Positions 17,992 through 27,014 of a DNA stretch of 64,000 bases are shown in pieces. The stretch's first letter is position 1. The number at the start of each line of letters is the position of its first letter. Source of the stretch: Nanobdellota archaeon (GTDB taxonomy: Archaea; Nanobdellota; Nanobdellia; Pacearchaeales; GW2011-AR1); contig JBBSXO010000003.1 in the NCBI GenBank assembly GCA_038045705.1, forward strand, positions 64,001 through 128,000, written 5' to 3'. Position numbers and translations under genes: made by a program. A model generated the notes under the pieces. It made no database searches and was not told the DNA's origin. It saw only the letters and a program-made list of their open reading frames with translations.

Positions 17992-18783
17992 TTAAAGTCC
18001 TTTTTGTAATTCAGTTGCCCTCTTTTCTAGTTTCTTAATTTGTTCTTTAGCTATATTTTCAGCCCTAGCCCCTCTATAATGTCCCGCATCCAAGAGTCTT
18101 TCAATTCTAGCAACTTCTTCACTAATGTTAGCAATAGCACTAACTAATTGCGATTTGTTGCCTTTTCTCATAGAGTTTAACTCTAACCAACGAGAAACCC
18201 ATGTATCAAAGATGAAAGCATAAATTAAAGATCCAATCGCACCCCACAAATAAACTTCTGAATAAGCAGTCAACTCAGTAGTTGCCCACAAACCAAAATA
18301 AATAACTGCATAAAATACCCAAGCCATTTTACGTAACCACCCGTCCAAATCTTTAACAAAATACCAATATATCATAAAAGGAAGTATTCCAGCAATAGCA
18401 ATAAACAAAACTTGATATTGTACTAGAATAGTTCCAATCCAAATATAATTCAAGTTTCTAACTCCTAGCAACCCAATGATTATAGCAACTAATCTCAATA
18501 TACCCTTATGTTTGAAGCCTTGAAAGAAAGGTAAGTTTCCTAAAATAACTCCGACAATTATAGATATAAGAATAAACAATAATATCTTCTCAAAAAGAAG
18601 ATATCCTGTCCAATCATTTCCACCGAGTAAAACTCTAAAGATAGGTTCTAAATTCTGAACAATAGAATCTATAACTTGTTCAGTCCCATACCAAAATCCA
18701 CCACCATAGTATTGAGCAGATACAAAAGGAACTAACACCAAAACAAGGAAAAACAATCCAAACGCAACTTTACTCATAATCAA
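17992..18783 (-). CDS. polytopic membrane protein, array paralog 4
   Basis: FVSAQ signal, EKILLF, LPFF, RKMAW, charged helical tail. Confidence 0.85.
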   Translation of the reverse strand: MIMSKVAFGLFFLVLVLVPFVSAQYYGGGFWYGTEQVIDSIVQNLEPIFRVLLGGNDWTGYLLFEKILLFILISIIVGVILGNLPFFQGFKHKGILRLVAIIIGLLGVRNLNYIWIGTILVQYQVLFIAIAGILPFMIYWYFVKDLDGWLRKMAWVFYAVIYFGLWATTELTAYSEVYLWGAIGSLIYAFIFDTWVSRWLELNSMRKGNKSQLVSAIANISEEVARIERLLDAGHYRGARAENIAKEQIKKLEKRATELQKGL

Positions 18784-18813
18784 ATAAAAACAAAAGAGGT
18801 TATAAAACTTATC

Positions 18814-19587
18814 TTAAGTTAAGTCCTCTATTTTCCTCACAATTTTTGCTTTTTGACGATCGTAAAAATTCTGGTCAGTTATAGCTCCGGTCCTATAATC
18901 CTCTTCTAATTGAATTAGTTCCCTTCTATAATGTGTCTTAGTTTTTTCATTTACCTCAGAATACATACTCTCAATTTTAATTTTATTAAGAGTCATATTA
19001 ATAATATTATTACAGAAAAATGTGATTATGCAAGCGCCAGCACAAAGACCGTAGACCCAAGCAACTTTTGTTCCCAGATCATCAAGACGCGTCCAATACA
19101 AAAAGATAAAGACACATCCCGCAACAATCCAAGCAGCTCTTTGAAGAGTCTTACTTCCAATAGCACTATATACAAAATAAGTGTAAATAGCCAGAGGAAG
19201 AACACTTACTACTGCAATCCCTAAAGTATTATAAGGTAATAATATTGCATTTACCCATTCCGCAGAAATAAATCTAACACCTAAAAGAGACACAACAATC
19301 GAAACAAAACCAACTGTCGAACGATTATGTGTAAAAAGAGGCATTCTCCCAAGAATAATCCATATTACAGAAACAATTACTAAGAATAATAGAATCTTAG
19401 CAAAAAATATTTCACTATTGCCTGGTCCAACTTCAGGTCCAAGCAAAAAAACAAAAAGAGGTTCAATTAAATTACCATATAGGCCAGAAAAAAAATCTCG
19501 CGTTCTAGGAAAAACATCTGATTGAGCACTAACAAAAAAACTGAACGCAACAGTAAAAAACAAAGATAACGAAAGCAACCGCCTCAT
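18814..19587 (-). CDS. polytopic membrane protein, array paralog 3
   Basis: FVSAQ, AKILLF, MPLF, PYNTLG, RAAW. Confidence 0.85.
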   Translation of the reverse strand: MRRLLSLSLFFTVAFSFFVSAQSDVFPRTRDFFSGLYGNLIEPLFVFLLGPEVGPGNSEIFFAKILLFLVIVSVIWIILGRMPLFTHNRSTVGFVSIVVSLLGVRFISAEWVNAILLPYNTLGIAVVSVLPLAIYTYFVYSAIGSKTLQRAAWIVAGCVFIFLYWTRLDDLGTKVAWVYGLCAGACIITFFCNNIINMTLNKIKIESMYSEVNEKTKTHYRRELIQLEEDYRTGAITDQNFYDRQKAKIVRKIEDLT

Positions 19588-19637
19588 CAGGAGTCAACTC
19601 AGACAATCTTTATAAAGATAATTATTTGTTTCAAAAT

Positions 19638-20333
19638 TCATTTTTTGTTATCCTCTTCTACGTCATATGCTTTAAGTTCTTCTTTTTGAAGTTTATGCAA
19701 CAACTTAGCACGAGATGCAACAATCCTTCCTTCCTGTTTAATTTGACTTAATTCTCCTTTGAATATTGCTTCCCTTATTGCAGGAATAAAGAAAAACATG
19801 AATATTCCTCCAATAATAGCACCAAAATAAGGAATATGACTTGCAGAAAAGAATGGCTCAGATCCACTTAAAGTCATATATAATAAAAATCCAAAATAAT
19901 ACAAAGCATAAAACATCCATAAAACTCTTCCAACTAAAGCACTCTGTATTCTAACAGTAAATATCAAAATGATCAAAAGAGGAATAATAGTTAGTATAGC
20001 ACTACCCAAAGCTCCATAATTAGTAAGAACTGCAGAAAGAAGATCATCAGGAGTCAAAACAACAGATAAGACTGTCACAATTGCAGTCATCCCAATAGTA
20101 AAATACCACTTTCGTTTAAAGACTACATCCACAGTAGTGTATAAAACCATAAACAAAAGAATACTAAACAAGAATTTAGTGGCAATCTCACGAGTACTAA
20201 ATAAGAAAGAAAGAGTATTGGTGAACCAATTACCTAGATCGCTAAAAAATGGAATAGTCTCAGAAGTTTGAGCAGAAACTAAAGGGAATAATAAAATTAA
20301 ACTCAAAACATTTTTAAATTTTTTAAAGAGCAT
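19638..20333 (-). CDS. polytopic membrane protein, array paralog 2
   Basis: LVSAQ, TKFLF, NYGALG, RVLW; AGGAG SD. Confidence 0.85.
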   Translation of the reverse strand: MLFKKFKNVLSLILLFPLVSAQTSETIPFFSDLGNWFTNTLSFLFSTREIATKFLFSILLFMVLYTTVDVVFKRKWYFTIGMTAIVTVLSVVLTPDDLLSAVLTNYGALGSAILTIIPLLIILIFTVRIQSALVGRVLWMFYALYYFGFLLYMTLSGSEPFFSASHIPYFGAIIGGIFMFFFIPAIREAIFKGELSQIKQEGRIVASRAKLLHKLQKEELKAYDVEEDNKK

Positions 20334-20342
20334 TCTAACTCC

Positions 20343-21116
20343 TTAAGAAAGTTTTCTACTTCCAAGCTTAGCTTCGTCAACTCCAAGTTCTATAGAGGCA
20401 CGTTGCCTATCAAACGCCATTTGAAGCCTACGCTCTTGAAGATATTTTCTAGCTTCGGATCCATCACCACCAAGCTTCCCCTTAAAAATTCTATATTCTA
20501 ATTCTTCTCCTTTCCAAATCATGCCTGCAGCTAAAAGACAACCAACAAAATAAACTAAAGAATACCAAGTCTTCGAATCTTCAAGATTCGACCCATATAG
20601 ATTATAAATTCCTAAGATAAGAAAAGAAAGAACAAAAAGAGCCCATAATGCACGTCTAAAGAATACATTTCTTATTGTAGCATGAACAAAAGTAAACATG
20701 AAAATGAAAGGTATAGCCGTAATTATAACAAGCCCTAAAGCAGAATAAGGATTAACCGCGAGCCTAAGAATTTCTGGAGGAATCAACATAACTGAAAGTG
20801 TAGTAATTATCAAAGAAAGAATAGTTCTAGTAAACACATCCCTTTTAGCAAATAAAGGGATTACATTTATTATAGACCCAATAACCATAAAGACAAGTAT
20901 GAAGAACAAAACAGTAATCGTCAAGTTATCGTTATTTCTATAATCCGTTAATCTAAGGAAGAATTCTTTAGCATCGGCAGTTATGCTTCTAAAAAATTCA
21001 TTAATTGAATTAGTAGAAGATTGCTGAGCTGAAATTAATGGAGAAGCAATCAGAACCAATACAAGAAAGATAGAAAACAATTGAAAAGCACGATTAAACC
21101 TCACCATGAATACCAA
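20343..21116 (-). CDS. polytopic membrane protein, array paralog 1
   Basis: LISAQ, IPLF, PYSALG, RRALW. Confidence 0.85.
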   Translation of the reverse strand: MVFMVRFNRAFQLFSIFLVLVLIASPLISAQQSSTNSINEFFRSITADAKEFFLRLTDYRNNDNLTITVLFFILVFMVIGSIINVIPLFAKRDVFTRTILSLIITTLSVMLIPPEILRLAVNPYSALGLVIITAIPFIFMFTFVHATIRNVFFRRALWALFVLSFLILGIYNLYGSNLEDSKTWYSLVYFVGCLLAAGMIWKGEELEYRIFKGKLGGDGSEARKYLQERRLQMAFDRQRASIELGVDEAKLGSRKLS

Positions 21117-21197
21117 AGAAATAAGAACTTTATAAATCTTATTGAATCGATTTATACAATTACTAAAGTTTAAATCAAATAAATAACTGAATTATAT

Positions 21198-21872
21198 ATG
21201 GAATCAAAGAAAGTATTATTAATAATATTAATTATAGTCTTATTTTCAGTTTTGACAGGAGTAAAAGCAGCGCTAGAAGATACTGAAAAACAAATTGAAG
21301 ATAATACTGGAAAACTAGAAGATGTCGCTGATAACATAAGGAAAGTAAACAATAAAGATTTTAGAAATGAATTAATCGCAAAAGAAAGTCTATACTTCTT
21401 AAATAAAACAAGTCCGGGAAGAGCAATAATAAAAGCAAATGATTGGATAAAAAAAGTCAATCCATTCTGGAATCTTGTTCTAGGGGTTAATTATTCTTTT
21501 TCATGGGGTTTTTGGATATCATTTCTGATTTGGTTAATCCTTTTCTTTCTAATTCTACCACCTACTAAAATTTTCTTTAAAAATAATATTTATTCAATAT
21601 TAAGTTCATTTGCAATTACTTCACTTATCGGACTAGCAGGAATTATTAGAGAAACAGTTAATTTATTAGGAATAATTATAACAAATAAAATATCTGCCGG
21701 AATAGTCTTAATAATTTCAATAGGATTAGTAGTTTTATCTGAAAAAACCAAGAAATTATGGAAAGGACTCAAAGAAAAGGAAGCAAAGAAACAACAAGAA
21801 AGAGATAGAGAAGTTCTTAGAATAGAAGCTGAAAACATTAAGAATCAAACAAATAAGAAAAAAGACAACTGA
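21198..21872 (+). CDS. membrane protein with signal peptide and coiled-coil tail, divergent from the array
   Basis: VKA-A signal, PFWNLVLG, 3-4 TM segments, charged C-terminus. Confidence 0.8.
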   Translation: MESKKVLLIILIIVLFSVLTGVKAALEDTEKQIEDNTGKLEDVADNIRKVNNKDFRNELIAKESLYFLNKTSPGRAIIKANDWIKKVNPFWNLVLGVNYSFSWGFWISFLIWLILFFLILPPTKIFFKNNIYSILSSFAITSLIGLAGIIRETVNLLGIIITNKISAGIVLIISIGLVVLSEKTKKLWKGLKEKEAKKQQERDREVLRIEAENIKNQTNKKKDN

Positions 21873-21902
21873 ACAAGCATACCCAGATAAGCTAACAGTA
21901 TC

Positions 21903-22208
21903 TTAAAACAAACTCCTCAACTCTTTCTTCGTCTTAAACTTATTTAATCTATCTTCATTCAATCTCTTCAAAACCTCACGACCTTTTTCAGTTTTCACAA
22001 GATTTTTGTAAAATTCATCTGCCTTGATAAACTGCGAATCAATCAAATCTGCTTGTCCCTTGCTCCAGACTTCATCAGAATTTAATTTCATAAACTCAGC
22101 CCAATATTTTATTGACCAAATTCTGCTTCTGAAGTTTCTGGTTTTATCATTATTGACAGGAAAATCAACAAATATATTTTTAGGATCTACTTTTGCAACC
22201 ATTTCCAC
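21903..22208 (-). CDS. hypothetical protein, partner of the upstream NTase
   Basis: Overlaps 22187-22816; WSIKYWAE..WSKGQ..IDSQ. Confidence 0.7.
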   Translation of the reverse strand: MEMVAKVDPKNIFVDFPVNNDKTRNFRSRIWSIKYWAEFMKLNSDEVWSKGQADLIDSQFIKADEFYKNLVKTEKGREVLKRLNEDRLNKFKTKKELRSLF

Positions 22209-22816
22209 ATCTCCTGCACTTTAAACAAATTAACATAATAAATAAGTTTTTTCATGTTAAGTCCATCTCTGAAATAAGTATAAAGATGTTTTGCATCTTC
22301 AAAGTCCTTATCAGAACTTATTTCTTCAAAATCTCCTTTTGAAATAAGAGAAAGTTTGTAAGCTATCTGCAGTTCCAAAGGAGAAATATAGAGATTAGTT
22401 GTATCCTTATCCAATACAACCTTTAATTTTCCATTAAGTGCTTCTTTCTGGATATCGTTTATTATTTTTTTAAATTCCATATGAGGTACTGGCATACCTG
22501 CTCTGGAAAAAGCAATTGAATGATAATCAAGCATACTAAATGCATCCTTTGAAATAGAAGTATTAATACATTCAAAATTGTTTTTTTCAAGCTCAACAAA
22601 AATTTCATCAAATTTTTCAAAATTCATCTCAGGAACTAACAAATCAACATCTTCAGAAGCTCTCGTTCTTCCAAGCAAAATAGATACATATCCAGAAACA
22701 ATAACATAATCCGTAAATTTCTCTAATATTTTAACAAATTCTAAAGTAAATTTGTCAAGCTCATTTAAGACCTTTCTTGTATAAATTTCTTTTTTTTGAG
22801 CATTATAATCCATCAA
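22187..22816 (-). CDS. nucleotidyltransferase-fold protein (AbiEii/DUF6036-like)
   Basis: VSGY....GRTRASEDVDL and KDFEDA motifs. Confidence 0.75.
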   Translation of the reverse strand: MMDYNAQKKEIYTRKVLNELDKFTLEFVKILEKFTDYVIVSGYVSILLGRTRASEDVDLLVPEMNFEKFDEIFVELEKNNFECINTSISKDAFSMLDYHSIAFSRAGMPVPHMEFKKIINDIQKEALNGKLKVVLDKDTTNLYISPLELQIAYKLSLISKGDFEEISSDKDFEDAKHLYTYFRDGLNMKKLIYYVNLFKVQEMWKWLQK

Positions 22817-22852
22817 ATCTCAAAATGAAATAACTATATATCAATTTCTATA

Positions 22853-23869
22853 CTAAAACAAACTCATCTGCCCTTTCTTAGAATGAAGCTCACGAAGTTT
22901 AACAAGCTGATTCTCAACTCTCTCAGCAGAGAACTCATGCCTTTCAACAAGTATCTCCTTAATCTTATTTTCATCAAATTTGGGAAATACAACTTTGTGC
23001 TTTGAAACATTCGGTTTCTTAAAAATTTCAAATATCTCTCTCCAGTTAAATCCTAAATCTCCATGTCTCTCAATAACTTCTTCAAAAATAGAGACAGGAT
23101 GTATCTTCTGTTTAACTAATGCAAGTGCCTTTTTAGGACCTATTCCCTTAACACCTCCAGGATTAAAGTCAGTTCCAACTAAAATAGCTAAACAAATAAG
23201 CTGATCCCCTGTAATTCCAAGTTGATTAATTACATTTTCAAATTCAATCATTTCAGGAGCAATATAAACAAAGCCAGAAACAGTCTTTCTCTTACGAGAT
23301 AAAGTCAAATTTTGAATTAATCTTGTTCCTCCAACAACTAAAGCATCATAATCTTGAGAAGCAACAGCATAAGCATATCCATTTTTTACAAGTTCAGAGG
23401 CTTGCATTTCTCCCTCTCCAGGAGCTTGATAAACTGAGACACCCATCGCTTCAAGTAATTCTTTACTTTCAGCAATCATTTTATCATCAAGTCTTGAAAA
23501 ACCACGAGCATATTTCGACATTCCTTCTACATCTTCTTCTTCGACAGCAGATTCATATTTTTCAGTAGCCAAATCTTTAGCAATTTGTCTAATTTCATGA
23601 GTTTTTCCTTTGAGAATATGATATTCACCATCAAAAACATAAATAAGATTAAGACCTTCAACAAGCAATGCTATATTTCTATAAAACAATCCAGATAAAT
23701 GACTAGTAACATTTCCAAGTGAATCCATTAAAGGTGTTCCATCAGGTTGCCTAACACTAGACAGAAACTGATAAATTGCATTGAAAGCATCTACTGCAAT
23801 AGTCTTACCCTTCAAATCTTTAAAAGCTACTTCCTTTCGAGAAACTAAATTACCAATTTGTAAACCCAT
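22853..23869 (-). CDS. fen: flap endonuclease 1
   Basis: DAFNAIYQFL, TSHLSG, EGEMQA, SQDYD, GTDFN; PIP box QMSLF. Confidence 0.97.
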   Translation of the reverse strand: MGLQIGNLVSRKEVAFKDLKGKTIAVDAFNAIYQFLSSVRQPDGTPLMDSLGNVTSHLSGLFYRNIALLVEGLNLIYVFDGEYHILKGKTHEIRQIAKDLATEKYESAVEEEDVEGMSKYARGFSRLDDKMIAESKELLEAMGVSVYQAPGEGEMQASELVKNGYAYAVASQDYDALVVGGTRLIQNLTLSRKRKTVSGFVYIAPEMIEFENVINQLGITGDQLICLAILVGTDFNPGGVKGIGPKKALALVKQKIHPVSIFEEVIERHGDLGFNWREIFEIFKKPNVSKHKVVFPKFDENKIKEILVERHEFSAERVENQLVKLRELHSKKGQMSLF

Positions 23870-23917
23870 AAAATAGCTTAATACAATGAGTTAATAAAAA
23901 TTAAGGTACTTCATAAT

Positions 23918-24382
23918 TTAGTCTGAAGCATATCCTCTTGTTTGATTTTCCTGATGATAATCTATAACATGTTTTCTAACTAGACAATACAAACGAATAC
24001 ATTCTTTATCAGAACTGCGAGGAGGAATTTTAAAAGGCATACTTTCAATTTGGGAAAGTCTACTTCTAGCCAGACTACCTGTAACTTCAGTATCTCCAAA
24101 ACCTAAAACAGCTTGAACCACATATTCATTAGGATCATCAAATGCAAATTCACTATAATCCTCTAAACGATTTAAAGAACGAACCACTTTCATAGTCTTT
24201 CTCTTAACTCTCCTAGAAAGTCCGTTACCCGGATCTTCGGTAAAATTTTCACCAAAAGCTTCTCTATCTAACAGATTTAATCCTATTTCCTTTCTTTTCA
24301 TCAAATATCCAATAAGTTTAGTTTTATAAATTTTACTATAAAGTAATAACATCAATCTATGTTCTAGGACGAAGAAAATCAT
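23918..24382 (-). CDS. hypothetical protein (start uncertain, probably MKRKE)
   Basis: Open frame only. Confidence 0.55.
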   Translation of the reverse strand: MIFFVLEHRLMLLLYSKIYKTKLIGYLMKRKEIGLNLLDREAFGENFTEDPGNGLSRRVKRKTMKVVRSLNRLEDYSEFAFDDPNEYVVQAVLGFGDTEVTGSLARSRLSQIESMPFKIPPRSSDKECIRLYCLVRKHVIDYHQENQTRGYASD

Positions 24383-24605
24383 TTTTAATCTTCTCTCGAG
24401 TTTCTAAAAGAAAAGTCAAAAGATCTTCCTGAGTCATTCTATTCAAACCATCATAATTTCCAGTGTAACCAGCGTCTCTAATTCTTTCAATTTGTTTAAT
24501 AATATCCCTTTTACGAAAATGCCCATCATCGTCTTTATCAAGTTCTCCAAAAGCTAATCTATAAACTGTTCTCAAATAAGTATTGTTATTAATACGACTC
24601 ATCAA
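24357..24605 (-). CDS. hypothetical protein
   Basis: 82 aa, TTTAAA upstream. Confidence 0.6.
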   Translation of the reverse strand: MMSRINNNTYLRTVYRLAFGELDKDDDGHFRKRDIIKQIERIRDAGYTGNYDGLNRMTQEDLLTFLLETREKIKNDFLRPRT

Positions 24606-24691
24606 TAAATTTACAAATCATCTCTTTTAAACAATACCATTATATTAAGATCCAACGATTAGATTAAAAACCTCTTATATTTAAGAAAATA

Positions 24692-27010
24692 ATGAAAGCT
24701 CACATAGTAAGCATATCATCAACAAATAGGGATGATAAAACTTATATACAGATTTTTGGACGTCTAGAAAATCAAAAGTCATTTGCAACAATAATTCCAT
24801 TCACACCTTATTTCTACATAAGAGAACAAGATTTATCAAAAGCAAAAAATGTTCTAGAAAAAGCAAAAGTCGAAGAAACAAAGCTAGTAAATAAAGAAAA
24901 AGAAAAAGTTGTCAAAATCAGCCATGAAAACAAAACTGAACTAACCAAAATAGTAAAAGCAATTCATCAAAAAGAATTAAACACTTATGAGTCAGATTTA
25001 AGCCCAACTTTAAGATATTTAATAGATAATGATATTTACAGCACAATAGAAATCACTGGAGAAACAGAGCCTTCTGAAAAAGTAGATGTAATCTTTAAAG
25101 ACACAAAAATCCAACCATCAAAGGCAAATATACCTTTAAAAGTAATATCCTTAGATATAGAAACCAACAAGAAAAATGGAGATTTATTTTGTATAGGTCT
25201 TTATAGTCATGAATACGAAAAAAGTTTTATATTAAGTAATGAACAAGTAAAAAATGCAATAATTTGCAAAACAGAAGAAGAAGTATTGAGAAAATTCAAG
25301 TCAGAGATAGAAAGATTTGATCCAGACATAATCACTGGATGGCATGTAATTGATTTTGATTTAAACTATTTAAAAAAGAAGTTTGAAGAACATAACATTT
25401 CATTTGATTTAGGAAGAACAAATGAAAATGCAAGAATAAAAATAGAAAGCAATTTTTTCAGGAGTTCAACAATAAACATTCCAGGAAGACAGGTTCTAGA
25501 TGGTTTAAACCTAATAAAAGACCCATTCATTAAAGAGGCACCTTCTATAAAAAATAAAGAATTTGAATCCTATACATTAGAAGACGTTTCTCAAGCAATG
25601 CTTGGAGAAGGAAAACTCATAAGTGGAAAAGATAGACATGATGAAATAAATATATTATATGAAAAAGACAAAGAAAAACTAGTAAAATACAATATTCAAG
25701 ATTGTAAATTAGCTTATAATATTCTAACAAAAACAAAAATACTTGATTTAGCAATTGAAAGAACTATGCTTACAGGACTCCCTTTAAACAAACTAACTGG
25801 ATCCATCATTGCTTTTGATTCATTGTATCTTAGAGAAGCAAGAAAAAGAGGGTTTGTTTCGCCGACCCTACACTATACAAAAAAAGAAGAGAGAATAAAG
25901 GGAGGTTATGTAATGGAACCAAAACCTGGAATTTACGAAAATGTAATAGTTTTGGACTTCAAATCTCTATATCCTTCGATAATTAAGACTTTTAACATAG
26001 ACCCCATATCAATGTTAGAAAAAAAAGAAAAAAATTCCATAGAATCACCAAACAAAGCTTATTTTAAAAATGAAAATGGAATCTTGCCAGATATAATTGA
26101 AAAGTTACATAATGAAAGAGAGAGAGCAAAAAAAGAGTCAAGAGAATTATCAAGTTATGCAATAAAAATAATAATGAATTCTTTTTTTGGAGTTTTAGCA
26201 TCTCCTAACTGCAGATATTTCAGTTTAAATATGGCAAATGCAATAACTCATTTTGGTCAAGAAATAATAAGACTAACTGCAAAAAAGATAGAAGAAAAAG
26301 GTTTAGATATAATATATTCAGATACCGATTCGATTTTTGTGAGATTAAAATCTAAAAAATATCAAGTAGAAACAGGTGATATAATTCAAAAGTACATAAA
26401 TGATTTTTATAATAATTATATAAAAGAAAAATATGATAGAAAATCATATCTTGAACTAGAATTCAAAAAATATTACAAAGCATTTATGCTTCCAAAAGTC
26501 AGAAATGCTAAAATTGAAACAGGTTCCAAAAAAAGGTATGCTGGACTTGTAGAGACAAATGGAAAAGAATCCTTAGAAGTAGTTGGTCTAGAAGCAATAA
26601 GAGGAGACTGGACCGAAGCGGCAAAAGACTTTCAACTTGAGCTACTAAATAAAATATTCCATAAAGAAGATCCAATACAATTTATAAAAGAATATATTAA
26701 AAAGATAAATCAAGGAAAAATAGACTCAAAGTTAATTTATAGAAAATCTATAAGAAAAAATCTAGACCAATATACCAAAACAACACCCCCACACGTTAAA
26801 GCAGCGAGACTTTTAGATAGTATGGAGTCAAACATAGTTGAGTATTATATAACTGAAAATGGTCCAGAACCAATACAAAAACTTAAACATAAAATAGACT
26901 ATGAACATTATATAGAAAAACAAATAACTCCTATTGCAAACACTATCCTGCATTTCTTCAATACATCAGTCGAAAATATAACTAATTTAAAACAAAAAAA
27001 ACTATTTTAA
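24692..27010 (+). CDS. polB: family B DNA polymerase
   Basis: DIET exonuclease, DFKSLYPSII, KIIMNSFFG, YSDTDS, KKRYAG; PIP box QKKLF. Confidence 0.96.
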   Translation: MKAHIVSISSTNRDDKTYIQIFGRLENQKSFATIIPFTPYFYIREQDLSKAKNVLEKAKVEETKLVNKEKEKVVKISHENKTELTKIVKAIHQKELNTYESDLSPTLRYLIDNDIYSTIEITGETEPSEKVDVIFKDTKIQPSKANIPLKVISLDIETNKKNGDLFCIGLYSHEYEKSFILSNEQVKNAIICKTEEEVLRKFKSEIERFDPDIITGWHVIDFDLNYLKKKFEEHNISFDLGRTNENARIKIESNFFRSSTINIPGRQVLDGLNLIKDPFIKEAPSIKNKEFESYTLEDVSQAMLGEGKLISGKDRHDEINILYEKDKEKLVKYNIQDCKLAYNILTKTKILDLAIERTMLTGLPLNKLTGSIIAFDSLYLREARKRGFVSPTLHYTKKEERIKGGYVMEPKPGIYENVIVLDFKSLYPSIIKTFNIDPISMLEKKEKNSIESPNKAYFKNENGILPDIIEKLHNERERAKKESRELSSYAIKIIMNSFFGVLASPNCRYFSLNMANAITHFGQEIIRLTAKKIEEKGLDIIYSDTDSIFVRLKSKKYQVETGDIIQKYINDFYNNYIKEKYDRKSYLELEFKKYYKAFMLPKVRNAKIETGSKKRYAGLVETNGKESLEVVGLEAIRGDWTEAAKDFQLELLNKIFHKEDPIQFIKEYIKKINQGKIDSKLIYRKSIRKNLDQYTKTTPPHVKAARLLDSMESNIVEYYITENGPEPIQKLKHKIDYEHYIEKQITPIANTILHFFNTSVENITNLKQKKLF

Positions 27011-27014
27011 ATTG

